From Thermoproteota archaeon (GTDB taxonomy: Archaea > Korarchaeota > JAOZGF01 > JAOZFZ01): a stretch of 62,419 nt of DNA. The notes beneath the pieces were generated by a model. It was not told the DNA's origin. It made no database searches and was given only the letters and a program-made list of their open reading frames with translations. Position 1 is the stretch's first letter; the number at the start of each line of letters is the position of its first letter. Position numbers and translations under genes: made by a program. Positions 20,320-28,693 of the stretch are shown piece by piece. The DNA is taken from positions 1 to 62,419 of the forward strand of contig JAOZFT010000008.1 in assembly GCA_027492035.1 (NCBI GenBank). Reading direction: 5' to 3'.

Positions 20320-21822
20320 GTGATGGCGCCGAAGGTGGATAAAATGAAAGAAGAATCGGAAAGCGAACTTGAAACCACTGTAGGAACATCTGAGGCTATT
20401 CAATCCCTTAAAAAATTAACGGAGAACTTCTTTGTAAGAAAAATTCTGCGAAGTTTAACTTCTTACTGTGAAAGGGACAAAGCTAACCGTTTAGAGGTCG
20501 CTCTTGAACTTTACACAGGTGTTAGAAAGGATGCTTGCTTCAAATGCAAAACAGCCGAAAAACTTCTTAAACCTGTGATTGAAAAATCAGCTAAAACTTT
20601 CGGTGTAACTCCTGAAGGTTTGAAAGAGAAATTCAAAGAAGCTTACTGGAGACGTGGATTAGTTAATGTTATTAAAGGAATTAGTTTCTTCGGTGTACAA
20701 AGACCTTTTGTCCCTGGAGCTCCCTTCCAAGTAGTCTGGAACATAACTAAAGCATGTAACTTAAGGTGTAAACATTGTTATGAGAAAGCAGGGAAACCTG
20801 CATCTGACGAATTAAACACTGAAGAAGCAATCAAGGGAATTGATATTTTGGCTGATGCAGGGGTAGTCATTCTAGCATTTTCAGGGGGTGAACCCACAGT
20901 CAGACCTGATATTTTGAAACTTGTAAGGCATGCTTCAGAAAGGGAAATTTATGTTGCAATGGCTACAAACGGAACTCTGCTTTCAAAAAAGAGAGTTAAT
21001 GAACTAAAAGAAGCAGGTTTACAGTTTGTGCAAATAAGTCTCGACGGAAGCACATCTGAAACCCATGACAGTTTCAGAGGAACCCTTGGAACCTTTGAAA
21101 AAACAGTTCAAGGAATAAAAAACTGTGTAGAGCAGGGATTATTTGTTGAAATAGCCACTACAGTTACCAAACACAACCTTGCAGAAGTTCCAAGTTTAAT
21201 AGAATTAGCTGAGAAATTGGGGGTAAACTGGTTCATGCATTACAACTTTGTTCCTGTAGGTAGAGGAAAAGAAATAGTAGCACTTGATTTATCCCCTGAA
21301 GAAAGAGAGCAACTGTTAAAAACTTTATGGGAAGAAATGAAGAAAAGGAAAATAGAGGTGCTTTCAACAGCTCCCCAGTTTTCAATGGTTGCCCTAATGA
21401 TGGAAGGGGCAGACAGTTCAGAGTTAGTTATGCCAACCCATTTCTACAACCCTCACCTAGGAGGACAACTGAAAAATTTAGCTGAGTTTATAGGGGGATG
21501 TGGTGCAGGCAGGTTTTATATTTCAATAGAACCAAACGGGGACATGTACCCCTGTGTTTTCTTCCCCCACGAACAAGAAGTAAAAATTGGGAACTTGTTG
21601 AAAGACGACTTTGAAGATCTGTGGAGGAACTCTCCAATACTTAAGACATTAAGAAATAAAGACATACTTTATGAGAACTGTGGATCCTGCGTGTACAGAT
21701 ATGTTTGTGGAGGATGTAGAGCTAGGGCATACAATTACTTCCATGACCTAAAAGCACCTGATCCAGGTTGTACATTAAATAAGGAGCACTACAGGAGATT
21801 AGTTACGCAAATAAATGCTTAA
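20320..21822 (+). CDS. gms: Radical SAM/SPASM enzyme, probable GMGT (H-shaped tetraether) synthase Gms-like
   Basis: CNLRCKHC, FSGGEP, SPASM CGAG..ISIEPNG..YPC...CGSC....CGGCRARA...DPGC; about 130-aa N-terminal extension with C..CxxC. Gms call rests on architecture plus operon context with a grs-like gene. Confidence 0.65.
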   Translation: MMAPKVDKMKEESESELETTVGTSEAIQSLKKLTENFFVRKILRSLTSYCERDKANRLEVALELYTGVRKDACFKCKTAEKLLKPVIEKSAKTFGVTPEGLKEKFKEAYWRRGLVNVIKGISFFGVQRPFVPGAPFQVVWNITKACNLRCKHCYEKAGKPASDELNTEEAIKGIDILADAGVVILAFSGGEPTVRPDILKLVRHASEREIYVAMATNGTLLSKKRVNELKEAGLQFVQISLDGSTSETHDSFRGTLGTFEKTVQGIKNCVEQGLFVEIATTVTKHNLAEVPSLIELAEKLGVNWFMHYNFVPVGRGKEIVALDLSPEEREQLLKTLWEEMKKRKIEVLSTAPQFSMVALMMEGADSSELVMPTHFYNPHLGGQLKNLAEFIGGCGAGRFYISIEPNGDMYPCVFFPHEQEVKIGNLLKDDFEDLWRNSPILKTLRNKDILYENCGSCVYRYVCGGCRARAYNYFHDLKAPDPGCTLNKEHYRRLVTQINA

Positions 21823-21876
21823 AAACGAGGAAACCCTTTCTCTTCCATTAAAAAAGAGGAGGAAGATGAATGAGAG

Positions 21877-23286
21877 ATGAAGATATTATTTATTGTTCCT
21901 AACTCAACATATGCCTTAAGAAACGTTTTAAATGTGACAGGTCCTCCCCTAGGTATAGGGTACTTAGCTTCTTATGTTAGAAGCGAAAACAGTTTTAAAC
22001 CATATATCTTAGACGCATTAACTCTCAATTTTAGAGTAAAGGACGTTTTGAAAGAAGTGGAGAAAATTAACCCTGACGTGGTAGGCTTAAGCATTAATTT
22101 CACCCCCTCAATATATGACGGTTATGAATTAGCTGAAGCAATAAAGGAATTCAATCCAGGAACAACTGTAGTAGCAGGGGGTTTACATGTCACCTTTACC
22201 CCCACGGAAACATTAAACTCTTCAAAAGCAATTGATGTAGTGGTTAGGGGAGAGGGTGAAGAAACACTCCTTGAACTTTTAAAGAAACTGAAACAGAACG
22301 AGCCATTAAACAGTGTTGAAGGAATATCTTATAGGGATGGGAATCAAGTAAAGAACAACCCAAACAGACCATTAATAAAAAACCTTGACACTTTACCTTT
22401 TCCAGCTTACGATTTAATGCCTATGGAAAAGTACAGAATGGGTAAAACAAGGTTCAGCACGATAATTACAAGTAGGGGATGCCCCTTTAAATGCATTTTT
22501 TGTTCATCCTCAAGGCTTTACGGCAGCACATGGAGGGTCAGAAGCCCTGAAAACGTCGTTAAAGAACTTGAAATGTTAAATAGGGAGTATAAAATTAATG
22601 AAGTGGAGTTTATAGATGACAATTTCACTTTAAACCCGAAAAGAGCAATTAAAATAGCTGAATTAATAAAAGAGAAAGCTTTGAGTATTTCATGGTCATG
22701 TTCATCAAGGGTAGACACTATTGTGAGGTTCCCTGAAATCCTTAAAAAAATTAAAGAGGCAGGATGCCATACAATCTATGTAGGGGTAGAATCTGGAGTT
22801 CAAAGAATCCTCAACATAGCAAATAAAGGAACAACTGTTAAACAAATTGAAAAAGCTTTCAAATTTATTAGAGAAGCAGGTTTAAAAGTTGTAGGCAGTT
22901 TCATGATCGGTTTCCCTACAGAAAGGGTAGAAGATGTTAAGAAAACAATAAATTTCGCAAAAAAACTTAGACCTGACATTGCACAGTTTTCAATTGTCAC
23001 CCCTTACCCAGGGACTCCCTTGTTTGATAAAGTAAGGGCTGAAAAAAAAATTTTAACATTAGACTGGAGAAAATATGATGTGTTAAACCCTGTAATAAAA
23101 CTAGATGAAATAACACCTGAAGCCTTAACCAACTTACTAAAACAAGCTTACATAAGTTTTTACGGTAGATTTTCATTCTTGGTTGAACAAATAAAGAATA
23201 AAAATTTCTTTCTTTTGAAAAAGGGGATTGGAGCTTTCTTCCAGTATTTACGAAACAAGATCTTGAAGAAAAACATGTTGTTTTAG
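21877..23286 (+). CDS. gmm: Cobalamin-dependent (class B) radical SAM methyltransferase, probable GMGT methylase Gmm-like
   Basis: B12-binding domain (PPLGIGYLAS, GGLHVTF, VVRGEGE), SRGCPFKCIFC, FIDDNF, GVESG, TPYPGT. Family is certain; the Gmm assignment is contextual. Confidence 0.55.
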   Translation: MKILFIVPNSTYALRNVLNVTGPPLGIGYLASYVRSENSFKPYILDALTLNFRVKDVLKEVEKINPDVVGLSINFTPSIYDGYELAEAIKEFNPGTTVVAGGLHVTFTPTETLNSSKAIDVVVRGEGEETLLELLKKLKQNEPLNSVEGISYRDGNQVKNNPNRPLIKNLDTLPFPAYDLMPMEKYRMGKTRFSTIITSRGCPFKCIFCSSSRLYGSTWRVRSPENVVKELEMLNREYKINEVEFIDDNFTLNPKRAIKIAELIKEKALSISWSCSSRVDTIVRFPEILKKIKEAGCHTIYVGVESGVQRILNIANKGTTVKQIEKAFKFIREAGLKVVGSFMIGFPTERVEDVKKTINFAKKLRPDIAQFSIVTPYPGTPLFDKVRAEKKILTLDWRKYDVLNPVIKLDEITPEALTNLLKQAYISFYGRFSFLVEQIKNKNFFLLKKGIGAFFQYLRNKILKKNMLF

Positions 23287-23306
23287 TCTTGGGGGCAGGA
23301 AAAGAA

Positions 23307-24857
23307 ATGAAAGGATATGAAATAGTTTTAACAGGAGACAGGACAATGATGAGCGATTACGGAGGAGGACTTTTTCTAGGTTTCATTTCAACAGGGCCCT
23401 CAAAAGGGTTCATTCCCACACCCTTACTTTTCAAGTTTGTTTTTAAACCAGTACCTGTAATTGACGGCGGAAGAGCTTTACTTGCACCCCATGGTTTAAG
23501 AAGGATAGAGGCTGCTTTACTTGAGAACGGTTTTAGTGAAGATGAAGTAGTTATTTCACCCCCTGAAGCTTTACATGAAACAATAGGGTCCTCCACCAAA
23601 ATAATAGGTATCCACTCTCACGACCACTTAGGAAGGGGACCAGCCACCACCACAATGTCGGGAGAAACAGGCATAATACATGAAGAACCTTTATCAGCTT
23701 ACGGTTTCAGGAAACTTGTCACAAGCAAAATAATACAGAAGACAAGGAAAAAAGGCGCTGTAGTTGTTGCTGGAGGCCCAGGAGCTTGGCAATTCAGAAA
23801 GGAAGACATGGGAAGACTGGGTGTAGACCTTGTCGTTTGCGGTGAAGGGGAAAAATACGTACCGAAAATTTTCAAGGAAATAATTGAAGGGGAAAAATTT
23901 GAGAAACCGGCAATACTTCATGTTCCAGTTGAAGAAATACCTAAACCTGAAGAAATACCTGCTTTGAAAGGTGCAACAATAGGTGGGTTAATTGAAGTGT
24001 CAAGAGGATGTGGTAGAGGATGTAGTTTCTGTAGAGCCAACTTAAGACCCTTAAGGCATAGACCACTTGAGGAAATAAAGAAAGATGTTGAGATAAATGT
24101 GAAGTATGGACAGAGAGGAGTATGTCTCCATTCAGAAGACATTTTTAGGTATGGTTCAACCCCCTTCCAAGTATCACATAAAAAAGTTGTTAAGCTATTT
24201 AAAACAGTTGAAGCAGTTGAAGGAGCGAAAGTAAATAGCTTCAGCCACGCAAACCTTTCATCGATAGCAGCCTATCCAGAAACAGTTGAAGCAGTAGCTG
24301 AAATAATAGGAACAAGCAAAGAGAAATGGATAGGATATGAAACAGGGATTGAAACAGGAAGTTCACGGTTGATAGAGAAACACATGAAACATAAACCATA
24401 CCCCTTCAAACCATCAGAATGGAAAGAAGTTGTGGAGGAAGCATTTGCAGTAAGCATAGAGAACGGCTTAATTCCAGCAGCAACGTTAATAGTTAATTTG
24501 CCAGGAGAAGAAGAAAAGGATGTAGTTGAAACAGTTGAGTTAATAGAGAACCTGAAAAACTACAAAAGCCTAATAGTTCCTCTGCTTTACGTAAACCCAT
24601 TTAACCCGTTAGATAAAAGAATAAAATTTGTTGAGGACTCAAAACCTTACCACTGGGAACTATACAAAGTTATATGGGAACACAATATGAAATGGGTTTC
24701 TGCTTTAGTTAAGGAATACACAAGAGAAAACAAGTTGTCTTCAAAGATTTTCCTAAAGTTTCTGATACTAGCCATAGAGAAATTCTTTAACAGAAAAGCA
24801 ACTGAATTCATAGAGGAAAGAATGCTTCAACAAAAAAAGGCATGTATTCCAAGGTAA
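23307..24857 (+). CDS. grs: GDGT ring synthase Grs-like B12-binding radical SAM enzyme
   Basis: IVLTGDRTMMSDY, GRA..APHGLRRIEA.L, HD.LG.GP, GGPGAWQ, EVSRGCGRGCSFC, HSEDIFRYG, GIETGS: the Grs family pattern as I recall it. ATG 23307 (track start 23289). Confidence 0.8.
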   Translation: MKGYEIVLTGDRTMMSDYGGGLFLGFISTGPSKGFIPTPLLFKFVFKPVPVIDGGRALLAPHGLRRIEAALLENGFSEDEVVISPPEALHETIGSSTKIIGIHSHDHLGRGPATTTMSGETGIIHEEPLSAYGFRKLVTSKIIQKTRKKGAVVVAGGPGAWQFRKEDMGRLGVDLVVCGEGEKYVPKIFKEIIEGEKFEKPAILHVPVEEIPKPEEIPALKGATIGGLIEVSRGCGRGCSFCRANLRPLRHRPLEEIKKDVEINVKYGQRGVCLHSEDIFRYGSTPFQVSHKKVVKLFKTVEAVEGAKVNSFSHANLSSIAAYPETVEAVAEIIGTSKEKWIGYETGIETGSSRLIEKHMKHKPYPFKPSEWKEVVEEAFAVSIENGLIPAATLIVNLPGEEEKDVVETVELIENLKNYKSLIVPLLYVNPFNPLDKRIKFVEDSKPYHWELYKVIWEHNMKWVSALVKEYTRENKLSSKIFLKFLILAIEKFFNRKATEFIEERMLQQKKACIPR

Positions 24858-25112
24858 GAACAAAAACAGAGGGCTTCAACACTGCCATAAAAGGAATATA
24901 AAAGGATAACTCTTTCTCTACTCTTTTCCTAGAAAAAATTATTTAAGAAAGGAACCCTCCCCTTTTAAGAAAAAAATAAAGCGTTACTTTTTAAAAATTC
25001 ATAAAATAAAGTTTTCCAGACGAAATATTGCGTAAAGTTAAGTAAATAGAAGAAACAAAAACCCTTTATAGATTTTCTTTTCCTTAAAAGGTTTTCTCTT
25101 AAATAGAGAAAG

Positions 25113-25349
25113 GTGGAAAAATTGGCTATACCTGGCTATGTAGAGTATAAGAGAAGAGAATTTTGTAACGACATAAAATGCCCTATACAGTTAACCTTAA
25201 ACAAAGAAAAACCTGGCTCTGAAAAATATGAAAAGATAAGAGAAACATGCAGAACAGACTGTAAATTTACAGCCTGGCAATTCCATCACTGGCTAATAGA
25301 TAAAGGCTACTTGATAATTAAACCTATTAAAAATGAAGGGGGTGTTTAG
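25113..25349 (+). CDS. Small Cys/His-rich hypothetical protein, 2 bp upstream of lsrF
   Basis: FCNDIKC...CRTDC..TAWQFHHWL; its 3' end contains the RBS of the next gene. Confidence 0.75.
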   Translation: MEKLAIPGYVEYKRREFCNDIKCPIQLTLNKEKPGSEKYEKIRETCRTDCKFTAWQFHHWLIDKGYLIIKPIKNEGGV

Positions 25350-25351
25350 AA

Positions 25352-26140
25352 ATGGAGTGGGGTATGAAAAATAGGCTTTCAAGACTCATACAAAAAGATG
25401 GTAGAGCACTTTTCCTTCCAATAGACCATGGATATTTTCAAGGCCCTGTTCATAAGTTAGAAGAACCTGGCAAAACAGTAGAACCCCTCCTTCCATATGC
25501 AGACGGGATCATGCTCACACGGGGGGTTCTCCGCTCATGCATAAAACCCTCTATTTCAAAACCAGTTATTTTAAGAGTTTCAGGTGGAACAAGCATAATA
25601 GGAGAAGATTTATCCAACGAAGAAATAACTACTTCAGTGAAAGAAGCCATTAAACTCAACGCCAGCGCAGTTTCTGCTTCAATTTATGTAGGAAGCAAAT
25701 ACGAACATCAGACACTTATGAGTTTATCAAAATTGGTAAACGAGTGTGAGGAGTACGGCATACCTGTAATGGCTGTTACAGCAGTAGGTAGAGAACTTGA
25801 AAAACGTGAAGCAAGATATCTAGCTTTAAGTTGCAGAATAGCAGCTGAACTAGGTGCAAGAGTAGTAAAAACATATTATTGCAGAGAAAACTTTGAAAAA
25901 GTAGTTAAGGGTTGCCCAGTTCCTGTTGTAATTGCAGGAGGCCCAAAAGTTGAGTCAGAATTCGAGGTTTTCAGTTTTGTTTATGACGCTTTACAAAAAG
26001 GGGCGATAGGAGTAAATCTGGGCCGGAACATTTGGCAAAACAATTACCCTGTAGCCATGATTAAAGCAATTAGAGCAATTATACATGAAGATGCAACACC
26101 TAAGGAAGCTCAGCAAGTATTTGAAGAAGAGAAGAAATAA
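25352..26140 (+). CDS. lsrF: LsrF-like thiolase / class I aldolase (DhnA family)
   Basis: WGMKNRLSR, DHGYFQGP, TRGVLR, RIAAELGA.VVKTYY, CPVPVVIAGGPK, GRNIWQ. Confidence 0.88.
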   Translation: MEWGMKNRLSRLIQKDGRALFLPIDHGYFQGPVHKLEEPGKTVEPLLPYADGIMLTRGVLRSCIKPSISKPVILRVSGGTSIIGEDLSNEEITTSVKEAIKLNASAVSASIYVGSKYEHQTLMSLSKLVNECEEYGIPVMAVTAVGRELEKREARYLALSCRIAAELGARVVKTYYCRENFEKVVKGCPVPVVIAGGPKVESEFEVFSFVYDALQKGAIGVNLGRNIWQNNYPVAMIKAIRAIIHEDATPKEAQQVFEEEKK

Positions 26141-26273
26141 TTGAAATGAAAATTCATCAACATAAGAAAAACACTTCTTTAAAAAAGGAATTCAAGAAGC
26201 CTTAAAAAACCTTTTTTCTGAACCCTTTTAAAGCTTTTAAGAATAAAGGATCAAATTTAAGAGGAAATTTTTC

Positions 26274-27299
26274 ATGAAAGTTGCAATGTATTATAACAAC
26301 AACGACGTACGTTTAGAGGAGTTACCTAAACCCAAAATAGGGCCTGAAGAAATTTTAGTGAAGGTAATGGCTTGTGGGATATGTGGCAGTGACGTTTTAG
26401 AATGGTACAGAATTAAAAGAGCCCCTTTGGTGCTTGGCCACGAAGCCACAGGTGAAATAGTTGAAGTAGGTGAGAAAGTCCGTAAATACAAAGCTGGACA
26501 AAGAGTGTTTGTTTCCCACCACGTACCTTGCGGAAAATGCCGTTACTGCTTAAGGGGACATGAAACAGCCTGTGAAACACTTCACACAACCAATTACTAC
26601 CCTGGAGGCTTCTCTCAATACATTAAGGTGCCGAAAATAAACGTTGAGAAGGGGGTTTACCCCTTGCCTAACAGTTTATCATTTGAAGAAGGAACATTTA
26701 TCGAACCTTTAGGTTGTGTTGTAAGGGGACAAAGACTAGCAAATGTACAGAAAGGAGATACAGTAATTGTTTTAGGTAGTGGAGTTTCAGGGATTCTTCA
26801 TATTCAATTAGCTAAATTTTTAGGGGCTGAAAAAGTAATTGCAACAGACATAAACGATTACAGGTTAAGAGCTGCGAAAAGATTTGGAGCTGATGAAGTA
26901 ATTCACGCAAAAGAGAAAGTGCCTGAAAAAATTCTTCAATTAAATGGAGGTAAACTTGCTGACAAGGTGATAGTTTGTACTGGAGCTGAATCTGCAAGTA
27001 AACAGGCCTTACAATGCGTAGATAGGGGAGGAACTATTCTTTTCTTTGCTGTTCCAGAACCATGGGTAAATATTCAAGTACCTATCACCAAGTTTTGGCG
27101 TAACGAAGTGACCATCATGACTTCCTATGGTGCAGCACCTAGAGATTTAGAAGAATCGTTAAAGTTGCTGTCTAAGCATAAAATAAATGTAAGAGACATG
27201 ATAACACACCGTCTAAGTTTAAAAGAAGCAAATTTAGGGTTTAAATTAGTTACCGCTGCTAATCAATCCTTAAAAGTAATTATTGAACCGCAGAAATGA
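26274..27299 (+). CDS. Zinc-dependent (MDR) sugar/alcohol dehydrogenase
   Basis: CGICGSD, GHE, structural Zn CGKCRYC...C, GSGVSG Rossmann motif. Confidence 0.93.
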   Translation: MKVAMYYNNNDVRLEELPKPKIGPEEILVKVMACGICGSDVLEWYRIKRAPLVLGHEATGEIVEVGEKVRKYKAGQRVFVSHHVPCGKCRYCLRGHETACETLHTTNYYPGGFSQYIKVPKINVEKGVYPLPNSLSFEEGTFIEPLGCVVRGQRLANVQKGDTVIVLGSGVSGILHIQLAKFLGAEKVIATDINDYRLRAAKRFGADEVIHAKEKVPEKILQLNGGKLADKVIVCTGAESASKQALQCVDRGGTILFFAVPEPWVNIQVPITKFWRNEVTIMTSYGAAPRDLEESLKLLSKHKINVRDMITHRLSLKEANLGFKLVTAANQSLKVIIEPQK

Positions 27300-27895
27300 G
27301 GCTGTAATACTTAACTGAAAGGGAGACACGTTAAGTTTGGATAGTTGGCTACCACATTTTTGAGAAAAAGTATTATTAATGGTGCCTTTTTTAAAGCATC
27401 ATTAAAACTTTGAAAGCCAAATAAGAGGCATACAGTAGTACAGATAGACAAATTAGCAATCCTATGTGTTTTATAACAGTTAACTTAAACAAATTTAACA
27501 CCTCTCAAAAAATTTTTTAAATTAATAAACCATAAAAAATAATTCTAAGGCTGTATTATCTAAAGAAGGGATTTCTATTTAAATTTAGCAGCTTATTTCC
27601 ATTAAATTTTTCCGTTCAAGCAATTTTAACGACTTAAAGTATATATTCCAGGTAAATAATAGATGTACGTCATTTTTCAATTGTAAAAAAAGAAAAAATT
27701 TTGATTAATTTTTTAGTTAATTTTTCAAGAAGAATAGAAGTTATTAAATGGGGGAGAGTACAATTTGAGAAGGATCATCTCCGATAATTTTCAATATCCT
27801 CTAAACTATCCTGTAACATTCACTATAGTCTAAACCTGTGAGAAACACAGAAAAAACAGAAGAAAGTAGGAGGGAAAGTGAAAATTGTGGAAAAT

Positions 27896-28417
27896 TTATT
27901 TTATTATTTCTAATTTAGTTATTCTTAGGTAACCTTTATCTTCCAGGTCCAGAATTCTGTCAAGAATTGTTGACATCGGGGTTTCTAAAGCATTGGAAGC
28001 TTCTATTAAGTTTATTTCGTTCTTATCGCTTAAGTAGGCAGATATGAGTAGATCGATTTCAGAGGGATTTTCTCCTTCCTCCTCCTTATTTGTGTACTCA
28101 TAATTAATTTTTAAATGAGGTGCAATTGCAAGGAATTCTGATTCTGAGTGGTAATAAAATAAGGCTATCAATAGACTTGAAATAAGCCCCAAGATTAAAA
28201 GGGCGTAAATTTGCCATGTAAATGCGTAATTAAGCATGGAAAGAGAGATTATTAGCGTTAAAATGAAAGTGAAAGTCCCTATTTCGAAACTTGAAATAAA
28301 GCATCTTTTTCTTCTCTTGTTATAAATTTCTTTAATTTGTTTGTTAACCATGGTTAGGTACTTCCTTCGGAGGATTTCCTCCATTTTAATGCATCTCTTT
28401 AGGTAGAGGGGCAACAA
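27896..28417 (-). CDS. Two-TM membrane protein with C-terminal winged-helix-like segment
   Basis: Two hydrophobic helices, then INLIEASNALETPMSTILDRILDLEDKGYLRI. Probable start at MEEIL (28384). Confidence 0.65.
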   Translation of the reverse strand: MLPLYLKRCIKMEEILRRKYLTMVNKQIKEIYNKRRKRCFISSFEIGTFTFILTLIISLSMLNYAFTWQIYALLILGLISSLLIALFYYHSESEFLAIAPHLKINYEYTNKEEEGENPSEIDLLISAYLSDKNEINLIEASNALETPMSTILDRILDLEDKGYLRITKLEIIK

Positions 28418-28693
28418 TAAATTCTTCCTAAATGAAAAATTTTCAACATTAAAAAGGGCTATCTTGGATTATTGAGGGAAGTTGATCCTTAAATTTAAAT
28501 TTTACGTTTTTTAAAAAGCTCAGAAGAAAGTAGAGCTGATTTTCAGGACTTAAAGTAAGTATTTTAGGTAAATAAAGAATGTCTTCTTGTTTTTATTTTT
28601 AAGCAGCTGTCCAAAAATTCAAGAAAGTAACCTAAGAAAGTATGAATTATAAAAGGGTTAAATGTTAAAAAAAATATTTTCTTTACTAAAACT

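Noticed and set aside
20320-21822. RiPP maturase interpretation of the SPASM enzyme
   Set aside because: No precursor peptide, RRE or peptidase/exporter adjacent; the grs-like neighbour favours lipid modification.
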